64,000 nucleotides of DNA from assembly GCF_902652985.1 (NCBI RefSeq), contig NC_047017.1, positions 42,904,001 through 42,968,000 of the forward strand, given 5' to 3'. A program made the translations under genes and the position numbers. This stretch comes from Pecten maximus. Lineage: Eukaryota. The notes under the pieces are model-generated. The model was not told the origin of the DNA. It worked only from the letters and a program-made list of their open reading frames with translations, and did not search any database. Below are positions 51,477 to 63,875 of this stretch, piece after piece (the stretch's first letter is position 1; each line of letters opens with the position of its first letter).

Positions 51477-54400
51477 ATGGACCAGAGAGGTTGGAGGTGG
51501 ACTGATGCACACTTCTGCAGTTTACCTTCGCAATTAACTCTCTATGGCATAACAGCCACGCCACAAACAAATGTCTACACACACGCCAAAGTCACTGAGC
51601 CTGAGGGGTCAAACAAGTTGTTGGTAGCGTCTCTAACAGGGAAGATTGTGTCAGTGGAGTACCAAAGAAATGGCAAGAAACTCAAACCATCCACAAAGGA
51701 GGTTCAGTTTACCTATATCCCTGGTAGGCGTGTACTAATGCTTCAATCATATAGTTACCTACTCCTATAGGGTGTCTAATTTGAGCTTTTTCACATTTTA
51801 TTTTCTGCAGAAAAAGCCTGGAACAACATGAACACCAATACAATGATATTATTGCAACTGTTTCACAAAAAATATATACACATAATGTATAAGAGCCCTG
51901 AACTCTAGTTTTTCATTACACGCCAAGAAGGCCAGTAAATTAACCAGACAGCGGTATATGTGTGTGGCTAACCCGTGTAGACTTATTGTTTCAGGTGTGT
52001 CTTGACACAGATAACTTGGTTACCTGTGTACGAACTTTGCCATTCATACCAAATGTTCGTTGCATGGCTATAGTCAATTTTGTGATAAATTTTTCAATTT
52101 TCATACGTAACATTAGTTTGTTTGCTAACTACTGATCAACACAAGTCATTTATTGATATCAACTAATTGATATCAAATACATAGTAACTTCATACTCTTT
52201 TAGCATTCCGTTATTACATGTATTATTGATGAAATTGAATATTTTTTTGTGATAAAGCAGTATCAAAGTTTATGCTATCATACTATGTGGAGTCAAGTGT
52301 CTTGCTCCATCTTAAAGTATGTATTGTACAAAACAAGATTAATTGGGATAATAAACGGTTACGGATTTGAAAATTGTGAATTACAGAAAAAAATATGTAT
52401 ACATACTTTGACATTACAGACATGGCAAAAATCAGTTAAGATATATAGATTCAGAGACACTTGTGTAGTGGGACTGGACTGGGTCGATCATCGGTGACCA
52501 GGTAGCTCAATTGGTAGAGCATACGGCTAGTGTTCGGAGGTCCCGGGTTTCGAACCTCGGTCTGGCCGCTACATTTTCTCCTCTCCTGTTACAAAATTGG
52601 CGCCCAACTAATATACCCATAGTGGTGGTATAAGGGTCTCGTGTGTCTTCGAGGGCGAAGACTTGGAAAAAAGGAGGGAGGTGTGTAGTGGGACTGGACT
52701 GGGTCGATCATCGGTGACCAGGTAGCTCAATTGGTAGAGCATCTGTCTAGTGTTCGGAGGTCCCGGGTTCGAACCCCGGTCTGGCCGCTACATTTTCTCC
52801 TCTCCTGTTACAAAATTGGTGCCCAACTAAAATACCCACAGCGGTGGTATATGGGTCTCGAGTGACTTCGAGGGCGAAGACTTGGAAAAAAGGAGGGAGG
52901 TGTGTAGCGGGACTGGACTGGGTCAATCATCGGTGACCAGGTAGCTCAATTGGTAGAGCATCCGGCTAGTGTTCGGAGGTCCCGGGTTCGAACCCCGGTC
53001 TGGCCGCTACATTTTCTCCTCTCCTGTTACACTTGTTTATTTGTTAATTAACTTCAAACTAATTTAGAATTGATTATAATTAATATCAATTATTATATTT
53101 ATTTGTTTCCAAAAATTCCTTCTTAAATATTTCAGGTGATGCTGAATTAGTTTCCATGGATGTAGCCCATAGAACAAGTTGCCAAGGCAATGGACTGCTC
53201 ATTGGTATCACTTTCCTGAAACAGACCCAGGTAATCTTATACTTTTAGACTCAGTTAAAACCATCATTAAAGACCCTGTCAGTATAATTATTAAAGACTG
53301 GGTTCAATATTGTAAATAAGCCTCGGTAGAAATTATTGTAAAATAATATTTAAAATGAGAACTCTTAATTATAATTATTTATTATTTATTACAACTTAAC
53401 TTACAATAATGACAATGTTCATACTTTGGAGCTTTGTCACTTTGTCACTCGTACAAAGGTTGAATACACAGTAAAATTTTGTCACTGCAAAACTATGTTA
53501 TTCAAAATTCAAATACTATCTAATAGCCTGGTCTTTGCTTTACAGAAAAGTCTTATTCTGTACAGTTTCAAAACTGAATGAAAATTACAGATTACTGCAC
53601 AGGGATTGATTTCTAACCCGTGCTCCATATGTACTGTACGTTGGACTGTTTGGAATTTGTACCAAGCCCCTGTGGTTTATTGTTGAGGTCTACGATATCA
53701 AAATTTCTCATTCACTGTTATCCTTTATATATGATGAGTACTGATAAAATTGTTTGTTTCTGTTCAGACTGAGGATGGAGAACACACGTGTATGCAATAC
53801 CTTAATCTGTATTCCTTTTGTCAGTCTGATGAGGACAGCCACTATGTAGACAGTGTGGCCCGTATGTATGCAGAAAATTACACAACAATTACCTGTAGAT
53901 GTGTGTTGACTGAATATCAGTGTATAATTATGAAACGTATATTACATACATGTATGTAATATATGTTTCAAAATTATATTTATTACTCTCAAAATGAAAA
54001 TACACTAAACTCGTGTATTATGTACATATAGCCATCCCATGTTATTTTGAATATTCAGCATCATCATTGCCAAACTGTTATCTAATGTTCCTGTATAATA
54101 AAGATATTAATTTACTTATTTAACTCATTTATATTGACTTGCTTTTGACAAAAAGTCCAATTATTTAAAAAGGTGTCATATTTCAAGTATTAAATAAAAC
54201 TAAAATACACACAATAAAATCAATGTCTCTGACTCATATTTACATACAGTTTTTGTATTGTGTATCAGTATGTTTCGATATAAATTCCTGAATGTCCTCT
54301 ATATGAATATTTTGTTTTATCCAGAAACATGTGTGACATTAGAACTGGATTTCATGCCATACCAGCTGATCCACACTCAGTAAGGATATCTGGATATTCT

Positions 54401-57400
54401 GGTTCTTTTCTCAATTATATTCATGTTTAAGCATACCTCCTTAAAATTCCACTAAGTATAAGTTGTTTAAATATACTGAATTCAATTTGTTGAAAAAGTT
54501 AAGTCATATACAAAGCGATAAACATATATCAATAAATTATACTGATATGGAGATCGACTTACCTGGAATTGCTTCCTATCCTTTCATCTGAAGAAGCTTA
54601 ACAAATATTAATGATAATGTATCTGTACTGTAGGTGTGTAACAGAGGACGGTTTGGAGACAGTGTTCCTCCTCAGTGGTAATGACCACAAAGTCCACATG
54701 TACAGGGAGGACCATGTACGTATATCTTCATACTCTTTATTTATCAAACCATTATATAGTATATGTATATCAATCTTAAATACTCTATATCAAACCATTA
54801 TATATATATAAATGATAGATACAATGTACCGGTATATCAAACCATTATATATATAAATGATAGATACAATGTACATCAAACCATTTTATTTATAAATGAT
54901 AGATACAACGTATATCAAACCATTTTATTTATAAATGATAGATACAACGTATATCAAACCATTTTATTTATAAATCGTCAAGATGTGGAGAATGATAGTA
55001 TGAGTTATTCAGTAAGGAATAATACAACAGTTGCGAAACAGGTATTGTCAACTTAAATTCATCAAGCTTGTTGGTCAGGATAGAAGTGCACAAGGGGTGT
55101 TAGTGTGGGAGGAAACCGGAGTACCTAACAAAAACCACTTGGTCAGGCAGGTGACCCCATAGATTTTCACAGCTAATCAGGTTACTCCATAACTGGTGGT
55201 TAACAGTGAGTTAATGTGTACATGTATTATATTATGTCAAGGTTGCCCCAGTGTTAAGGTTCAAAGAAGAAGAAATAGAGGACTTCTTTCCTGAGCTGTG
55301 TTCCACAGGCAGCAGGTGAGAAACGTAAAGCCCAGATGATTCTCACTATCTATTCGCTTTAATGTACAGTAACAATTTTGTTTATAAGGCTGAGTCAGTA
55401 AGTACATGTATGTTTTCTGGATGACCAATATCTGTTTTGAAATCAGAGTATACAGACAATTAAAAGACGGCTTTCAGTAAATATGCATATGGGGCTGCAA
55501 TAGCTCAGTCAGTGGGGCACTGATCTAATGAAAAATAGAAATAGGTAATCTGAGGTATGTGGTATTTCATCCCTTTGATTCCTGCTTGTGTATCTCGGAT
55601 AGAGACCATCCTTTGAGGTCAATCTTATTGCTATGGATAGTCTATAATATGTGATCTAGGTTTCCCATAGGTTGTTCATGAGGTAGCCACCAGCTGCTAC
55701 AGGGAAACAAGTTGACAGAGGTATAAACTCAGTGAAAATGAATATAATATTATTACATGTGATATTTATATGTATATATCATTATACATGTGCTCTAAAA
55801 CTTGCTTTCTGAATTCTATTTCCATTCTGTGTGAATTAAAGTGTACACTGGATGGACATTGTTTACTTCGATAACCACAAGAAGAGGCTGACTGCTCAGG
55901 GACTACAAAATGGGCATGTGTTTATTTCACTTGTGGATGTCAACAACACAGGTTTGTCACCCTGCTATTTACAATAGGTAAAACACTTGGTATGGTGTTA
56001 ATGTATTGATGTTAATCTCTGTATGGTGTGACATGTAATGATGTTAATCTCTGTATAGTGTTACATGTAATGATGTTAATCTCTGTATGGTGTTACATGT
56101 GTTGATGTTAATCTCTGTATGGTGTTAATCTCTGTATGGTGTTACATGTATTGATATTAATCTCTGTATGGTGTTACATGTGTTGATGTTAATCTCTATA
56201 TGATGTTACATGTGTTGATGCTAATCTCTGTATGGTGTTAATCTCTGTATGGTGTTACATGTATTGATATTAATCTCTGTATGGTGTTACATGTAATGAT
56301 GTTTATCTCTGTATGGTGTTACATGTAATGATATTAATCTCTGTATGGTGTTACATGTGTTGATGTTAATCTCCGTATGGTGTTAATCTCTGTATGGTGT
56401 TAATCTCTGTATGGTGTTACATGTAATGATGTTAATCTCTGTATGGTGTTAATCTCTGTATGGTGTTAAATGTATTGATATTAATCTCTGTATGGTGTTA
56501 CATGTATTGATATTAATCTCTGTATGGTGTTACATGTAATGATGTTAATCTCTGTATGGTGTTACATGTAATGATGTTAATCTCTGTATGGTGTTACATG
56601 TATGATGTTAATCTCTGTATGGTGTTACATGTAATTATGTTAATCTCTGTATGGTGTTACATGTATTGATGTTAATCTCTGTATGGTGTTACATGTAATG
56701 ATGTTAATCTCTGTATGGTGTTACATGTATTGATATTAATCTCTGTATGGTGTTACATGTAATGATGTTAATCTCTGTATGGTGTTACATGTATTGATGT
56801 TAATCTCTGTATGGTGTTATATGTATTGATGTTAATCTCTTTATGATGTTACATGTAATGATGTTAATCTCTGTATGGTGTTACATGTAATTATGTTAAT
56901 CTCTGTATGGTGTTACATGTAATGATGTTAATCTCTGTATGGTGTTACATGTATTGATGTTAATCTCTGTATGGTGTTACATGTAATGATGTTAATCTCT
57001 GTATGGTGTTACATGTATTGATGTTAATCTCTGTATGGTGTTACATGTATTGGTGTTAATCTCTGTATGGTGTTACATGTATTGATGTTAATCTCTGTAT
57101 GGTGTTACATGTATTGATGTTAATCTCTGTATGGTGTTACATGTACATTGTATGATGTTAATCTCTGTATGATGTTAGTCTCTGTATGGTGTTACATGTA
57201 TTGATGTTAATCTCTGTATGGTGTTACATGTACATTGTATGATGTTAATCTCTGTATGGTGTTACATGTATTGATATTAATCTCTGTATGGTGTTACATG
57301 TTTTGATGTTAATCTCTGTATGGTGTTATATGTATTGATGTTAATCCCTGTATGGTGTTACATGTACATTGTATGATGTTAATCTCTGTATGGTGTTACA

Positions 57401-60400
57401 TGTATTGATATTAATCTCTGTATGGTGTTACATGTTTTGATGTTAATCCCTGTATGGTGTTTATCTCTGTATGGTGTTACATGTATTGATGTTTATCTCT
57501 GTATGGTGTTACATATATTGATGTTAATCCCTGTATGGTGTTACATGTATTGATGTTAATCTCTGTATGGTGTTACATGTATTGATATTAATCTCTGTAT
57601 GGTGTTACATGTAATGATGTTAATCTCTGTATGGTGTTACATGTAATGATGTTAATCTCTGTATGGTGTTACATGTAATGATGTTAATCTCTGTATGGTG
57701 TTACATGTATTGATGTTAATCTCTGTATGGTGTTACATGTATTGGTGTTAATCTCTGTATGGTGTTACATGTATTGATGTTAATCTCTGTATGGTGTTAC
57801 ATGTATTGGTGTTAATCTCTGTATGGTGTTACATGTATTGATGTTAATCTCTGTATGGTGTTAATCTCTGTATGGTGTTACATGTGTTGATGTTAATCTC
57901 TGTATGGTGTTAAATGTATTGATATTAATCTCTGTATGGTGTTAAATGTATTGATATTAATCTCTGTATGGTGTTAATCTCTGTATGGTGTTACATGTAT
58001 TGATATTAATCTCTGTATGGTGTTAAATGTATTGATATTAATCTCTGTATGGTGTTAATCTCTGTATGGTGTTAATCTCTGTATGGTGTTAATCTCTGTA
58101 TGATGTTAATCTCTGTATGATGTTACAGGTAATGATGTTAATTTCTGTATGGTGTTACATGTACATTGTATGATGTTAATCCCTGTATGGTGTTAATCTC
58201 TGTATGGTGTTAATCTCTGTATGATGTTAATCTCTGTATGGTGTTAATCTCTGTATGATGTTACAGGTAATGATGTTAATTTCTGTATGGTGTTACATGT
58301 ACATTGTATGATGTTAATCCCTGTATGGTGTTAATCTCTGTATGGTGTTACATGTAATGATGTTAATCTCTGTATGGTGTTACATGTAATTATGTTAATC
58401 TCTGTATGGTGTTACATGTACATTGTATGATGTTAATTTCTGTATGGTGTTACATGTACATTGTATGATGTTAATCTCTGTATGGTGTTAATCTCTGTAT
58501 GGTGTTACATGTATTGATGTTAATCTCTGTATGGTGTTATATGTATTGATATTAATCTCTGTATGGTGTTATATGTATTGATGTTAATCTCTGTATGGTG
58601 TTATATGTATTGATGTTAATCTCTGTATGGTGTTATATGTATTGATGTTAATCTCTGTATGGTGTTTATCTCTGTATGGTGTTAATCTCTGTATGGTGTT
58701 ACATGTAATGATGTTAATCTCTGTATGGTGTTATATGTATTGATGTTAATCTCTGTATGGTGTTTATCTCTGTATGGTGTTAATCTCTGTATGGTGTTAC
58801 ATGTAATGATGTTAATCTCTGTATGGTGTTACATGTATTGATGTTAATCTCTGTATGGTGTTAATCTCTGTATGGTGTGACATGTAATGATGTTAATCTC
58901 TGTATGGTGTTACATGTAATGATGTTAATCTCTGTATGGTGTTACATGTACATTGTATGATGTTAATCTCTGTATGGTGTTACATGTACATTGTATGATG
59001 TTAATCTCTGTATGATGTTTATCTCTGTATGGTGTTACATGTAATGATGTTACTCTCTGGCTTGATGTGATGCAGCATCTCTATTGATCTGTCATTTCCC
59101 ACATTTTAACTACTTTTCTTTACTGTTGTTGTACTTGTATATATATTGTATATTTGGTTTCTTGGTAAATTATTTGGAAAATTAGAAAAATGGTCATCAT
59201 TTTTTTCCTTTTAAAAGACCAAAACTCCCCATATGCATTGTTGATTTGCAGCCATATTGATAGGAAAACTCAGCATAGTGTAGTAATTAACCTACACCGT
59301 ATCGTGTTAGACTTGTGGCAGCTAAATAGTAACCTGACACAAATTGAAAAGTCACCTTATCTGTATCAATGGGCAAAACATGTCCAGAAGAGTCTTTTGT
59401 TTACATGTAGGTATTGTAGAGAATGTCTTATCTAATGTGCCCTGGTTACAAGTGTAGAACTATTCCCTGTCTCTCTATAACAGAGGTGGTTCAGGGATGG
59501 GAAGGCATGTTTGACAGCCCAATTACTTGTGTGAAGATTTTCAACCCTGACAACCAAGTCTCCTTTCCAAATTTTTTACAAAACACAAAAGGTTAGTTTT
59601 CTGCAATATTCATGTTAACTTTTTCAAATAGTTTTCCTGTGATCCTGAAATAATTTTTAATCACAGTTTGCTTCATATGATGTAACACTATATTGGACCA
59701 TGAGTGTTTTTATAACATTGTTTAACAGATATATATAATTATTTTGTGTGAAAGTAATTTCATTGTAGTGTGATGCATTACAGCAGTTAGTTGAAAACTT
59801 ATTTAGAAAACTTTATCTAAACAAATTGAAATTAAAAATCATTTAAATTCAAATTTGAATATATCTATGTCGTTCTTGGTGTCAGGAAAAGATAACTCTG
59901 TAGACGATGGATCCCCGGCCGTGTACAACCTACTGGTGATGAGTTCCTTGGAACCAACAGTAGTCTACAGGTAATCTCCATATGTGGTCTTCAAACATTT
60001 GTGTCAGTTCACTTGAATAAAAGGGTATTCCTATCATTGTTGAGGCTTTTTGGTGATAGGCAATCAGTAGTGCCCTTCTTAAACCGCTCTCTCATAGACA
60101 ATCAGTGGTGCGCTTGTTAATCCTCTCGATGATTGACAATCAGTAGTACCCTTGTTAACCCTCTCAGTGATAGACAATCAGTAGTGCCCTTGATAATCCT
60201 CTTGGTCATAGACAATCAGCAGTGGTCCTTTTTAACTTATCAGTATTCTTGTTATATATTTTTTATATTTTTACCAAATAATTATACACACTGTAATCAA
60301 AAGTTATTATTTTTAATTCATATGATCAAATTATAGGCTGTTCAAATCGCCCTTCATCCATGATCTACCATTCATCCATAAACTATCTTTGTTATTGCTA

Positions 60401-62886
60401 TTTCTTGAAAAGTACCAAGCCAATCTTTCTCAAACTTCATATATAGGGTTTCCTTGGTCTCCAGTTTATTTATCAGAAGACCTGCCTATAATACAATTTC
60501 AGCTCTTCCGCTGCTTTCACTCAGTTGGTAGAGTAGTGAAGACATGAGACTGAATTCTGTCAAGACATTTGGCAGAAATGTGATTATTTTCCATGTTTTT
60601 TGTAGTTATGTTAATTTATTTATAAACTCTCTACTTGTGTAGATATGTTTAGTTTAATCAGGAATATGAATATTTCATGGGCCAACTGTAAATAACTAAG
60701 TTTGGGATTTCCATTGATCAGTCTGACATGATCTGTCAGTCCATCCATTACTTCACCTTCAGCTCCATTTCTCTGGTCATACATGTCACACAGTCATCAA
60801 ACTAGATATTCAGATATTACTTGATTTGAGTAATAAGTTATATCAGAGCACACAATTAATTTGATTTAAATCACTTCCTCCGTTAGGGATCGAGCCTGGG
60901 ACCTCTTCCTCACTAGTGTTAAGCTCAACTGAACGAGCTAAAGAGAAGATCTGTCTCGTAGAGACGGCTAGTTTTTTGCTTCTCTGAACTCTGACTTTTT
61001 ATTTATCTCCCATGTCTGAAAGCAGGTCCAAGGACTTGTTTGCATTAGGGACTTGGTTCCAGTGACACAGCTGATTGGCTGATTTAGTTGTGTGAGTCCT
61101 TATGCAGTATATATAGAACCATTAAAAATTAAGTAGTGCTAAGGTCCCTCCATTCAGCCTATGGGGACCGAGAACGAACTGAACCCGAAATCCTCTTGGA
61201 TCTATGGTTGCTAGCTTTATAGACTGACACAACATTTTCACTGAATAAGTTTAGATCCAAGAAATACCTATATATTACAGAAACATCATGACCGATGGTT
61301 TAGACAACTCCTTATACCTGCCTGGTAGCTGTAGCTACGACATCCCCCTGTGTGCCTGTGTGGCGGACATTGATTTTGATGGACATAACGAGATCCTGGT
61401 GGGCACATATGGTCAGGTAGGATATTGCGTTCAGTTCTTAGAAAAGTTTATAAAAGTAGATTTGATATTGTCAGGTGTAACAACCACTTTGAACTCTTGG
61501 TGAGCAGTAAAGAAGAGAATTATCAGTATCTTTGAACTACACATAAATGTCAGTGTCAGAATTATTACTGTGTTAGTCCATGTTTTTTTTCAGGAGTTAC
61601 TAGCCTACAAGTTGATGCAAGAGGATGATCAGATACCAATAGTGAAAAAATCCCCATCTCTAACAAAAAATAAAATGTCATCTCCAGCTAATATAAATAG
61701 TTATAATGAGGTAGAACCAGTAACATCTCCACGGCAGCGAAACCTGACAGGTAGCGGTCACACAGGTAGGGATCCCCAGGGAGCCGTAAAGTTACCACGA
61801 AAGGCAAAATCTCAGGAGAACCTTTCTTCCTCACTACCCAATAACCAGGACAGTGTGCTGAGTGGAGATCTGCCTGAGGTAGACTTGCATCAGTCAGGGA
61901 CAAACAAAAAGCTCTGTTACAAACTACTATGGCAAAGAAGCTTTGCAAGTCCAGTGGTTGGAGTGGACAGGGTAGACATAATGGGGGACGGCATGGATGA
62001 TATGGTTGTGGTCACTCTTCGTGGAGTTCACGTCATACAGGTAATTTTACACTTAAAACAGATATTTATTCACCCTGTACCTTACATACACCTGCTCAAA
62101 CATAACTATATCTATTACTGAATTTCATTTTATCTCGCCAGGACAAGTTCAAGTTCTTATAAAACAGTATTGTGGTGATGAAGATAAAGCTGATGTGCTT
62201 GAAATATATGTATTTATGTAATTATGACAAGACCTGGGCCCCCATGCATGTAGGTGCTACATTTGCAGACCTACTGACCTTGACAGTAACCTTAGACCTA
62301 CTTAAACTTTGTTTTACCTTGGCCGCAGTATTTTAACCTTATAAGATAGGGTTTTCATATTTAATCTGTGTGTTCCTTGTGACAAGTGACTTCCACTGGT
62401 TATACATTTGTGAACCTGCTGACCTTGATGGTGACCTTTGGCCTTCTTCTTAAAAATTAATGACCATATACATGTATAGGCCTATAAACCCACTGTGAAA
62501 GCCATGTTGTCTTCTGACAACGTACTGCACCTATATATACCACATATATATCTACACATATGAACGTATATGTGTAGGTGTATATGTGGTATATAAATAG
62601 GTACAGTACGTATATATATACATACTGTACCTATATATATGCTATATATACATGTACTACACCTATTCACCTTTACATACTTCAAAATGTGCTACTGTGC
62701 ATTTACATGTCTGCACTCTTGACTTTGTAGCCAGAGCTAAGGGAGGTTGCCCAGGTGTGTCTAGAGCGGCTGAGAGACCTGGCTTTATCAAGGGAAAAAG
62801 ATGAAGAGGATGATGAGGAACACATTCAGTTGAACATTGACAGTTACTTGACATTAGAAAGTTGTTCAACAGAAACTATAACGTGA
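51477..62886 (+). CDS. KPTN: Kaptin (KICSTOR complex subunit, actin-associated), ~562 aa
   Basis: Exons 51477-51723, 53136-53230, 53768-53861, 54325-54379, 54634-54715, 55242-55315, 55842-55951, 59484-59591, 59886-59970, 61281-61416, 61594-62040, 62731-62886 (1689 nt, phases consistent). Motifs KEVQFTYIPGDAELVSMD, ETVFLLSGNDHKVHMY, FFPEL, LPGS..YD..LC..ADIDFDGHNEILVGTYGQELLAYK, LLWQRSFASP and DIMGDGMDDMVVVTLRGVHVIQ are typical of kaptin. Confidence 0.93.
52464..53031 (+). mobile_element. Tandem-array TRIM (3 LTRs) with tRNA-derived LTRs (Helenus-like)
   Basis: LTRs at 52464-52593, 52684-52812 and 52903-53031 (TGTA...TACA). PBS TGGCGCCCAAC at 52598-52608 and TGGTGCCCAAC at 52817-52827. PPT GGAAAAAAGGAGGGAG before LTR2 and LTR3. 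4-bp TSD CTTG at 52460-52463 and 53032-53035. Confidence 0.9.
52935..53006 (+). tRNA. tRNA-like cassette (AGT anticodon, Thr-like) inside a TRIM LTR; probably not a functional tRNA. Sister copies at 52496-52568 and 52716-52787.
   Basis: GACCAGGTAGCTCAATTGGTAGAGCATCCGGCTAGTGTTCGGAGGTCCCGGGTTCGAACCCCGGTCTGGCCG folds as a cloverleaf with A and B boxes and one A-C mismatch in the acceptor stem. TTTT follows within 6 nt. Confidence 0.6.
54788..54975. repeat. ~39-bp minisatellite (4-5 copies)
   Basis: Unit ATATCAAACCATTTTATTTATAAATGATAGATACAACGT. Confidence 0.85.
55990..59055. repeat. ~3-kb bipartite minisatellite (17-bp + 15-bp subunits) in a KPTN intron
   Basis: A=GTTAATCTCTGTATGGT, B=GTTACATGTA(T/A)TGAT. 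Mostly (AB)n, with runs of A alone and a longer B variant GTTACATGTACATTGTATGAT. Confidence 0.95.
60876..60948 (-). mobile_element. tRNA-derived SINE-like head
   Basis: The reverse complement reads TAGCTCGTTCAGTTGAGC..CTAGT..GAGGTCCCAGGCTCGATCCCT (A/B-box-like). Confidence 0.55.
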
Positions 62887-63054
62887 CATTATTGGGGCAA
62901 TATTAAATCTGAATAACTAACTTTTTAAGTTATTATGTTTTATGTCGAGTTGATTCAAATACTCCTTCCATTTTGATATATTTTGACCCACACAAGATGT
63001 TACCCTCAAATCTCTGGATATACTTATCCTCTAGTAAAACGCCTGGTGACAATG

Positions 63055-63266
63055 AATGGTTTATGCTTAATTGTGCATCTGTATTCCACTTTCTGGGATG
63101 CAACTCAAACATTGAGAGGGGTCTTAGGTGTTGAGGAAACCGGAGTACTCAAAGCAAATCCACATGGCCAAGCATGATTGTGACCCTATACCTTTACACG
63201 TCCGGTTGGGGAATCGAACCCAGGTCACCTAGGTGAAAGTCGAATGTGTTACCACTGTGCCATCCA
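63055..63266 (-). mobile_element. tRNA-derived SINE; a related fragment lies at ~55095-55175
   Basis: The reverse complement begins GGATGCACAGTGGTAACACATTCGACTTTCACCTAGGTGACCTGGGTTCGATTCCCC. The body contains GAGGAAACCGGAGTAC (+ strand), which is also seen at ~55110. Confidence 0.7.
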
Positions 63267-63649
63267 ACCACAACAAGATGTCACGGGTTGATATTGGCGC
63301 CTACAATTGAAAGTCTATGTACGTCTATTCTATGTAAGTCTTATCATTTCTCTACTTCTTTTCCTTCCTTGTTCTTTCCCCCTTAATAAATTGATAACAA
63401 GGAAAATCTTCATCTGAAAACTATAAAGGATCTCGGAAGAAATTTCTGAGAAATAACAAATTTCAACTGACAAAATCCTTTTTATCATTATTTCTAAAAA
63501 GTACATCAGGGATATTTCTCAAACTTCACATGTATGTTCATCTTGGTCCCTAGTTGTGCCCAATCAATTTTGAGTCTCACCAGGAAAACAGAGTGGCCTA
63601 ATGACGGCCATTTTCGATTTTGTCAGTTGAAATTTGTTGTCGCTATTTC

Positions 63650-63875
63650 TCAAGCTGCATCTGTAATACTCTTGAAAGGATGATCAATGCTAGACTTGTT
63701 TGGCTCCTTGAATCCAATTATATTTTGAGTCCAAAGAGTATTCAGAAACCGCAGACGAATGGTAGACCATCTAGTTAGATTAGATACCTTCATTAGAGAA
63801 GCTTTCGCAAAGAAGGAACATCTTGTTGCCGTGTTCTTGATCTGGAGAAAGCATACTATACTACATGGTGAAAGG
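63650..63875 (+). pseudogene. Degenerate non-LTR retrotransposon (LINE) reverse transcriptase fragment
   Basis: Across two frameshifts it reads SCICNTLERMINARLVWLLESNYILSP / FRNRRRMVDHLVRLDTFIREAFAKKEHLVAVF / DLEKAYYTTW*, the N-terminal RT motifs of LINE ORF2. Confidence 0.85.

Noticed and set aside
52496-53006. Cluster of three genuine tRNA-Thr(AGT) genes
   Set aside because: Embedded in LTRs with PBS, PPT and TSD. There is an acceptor-stem mismatch, and copy-specific lesions in the anticodon and T arms.
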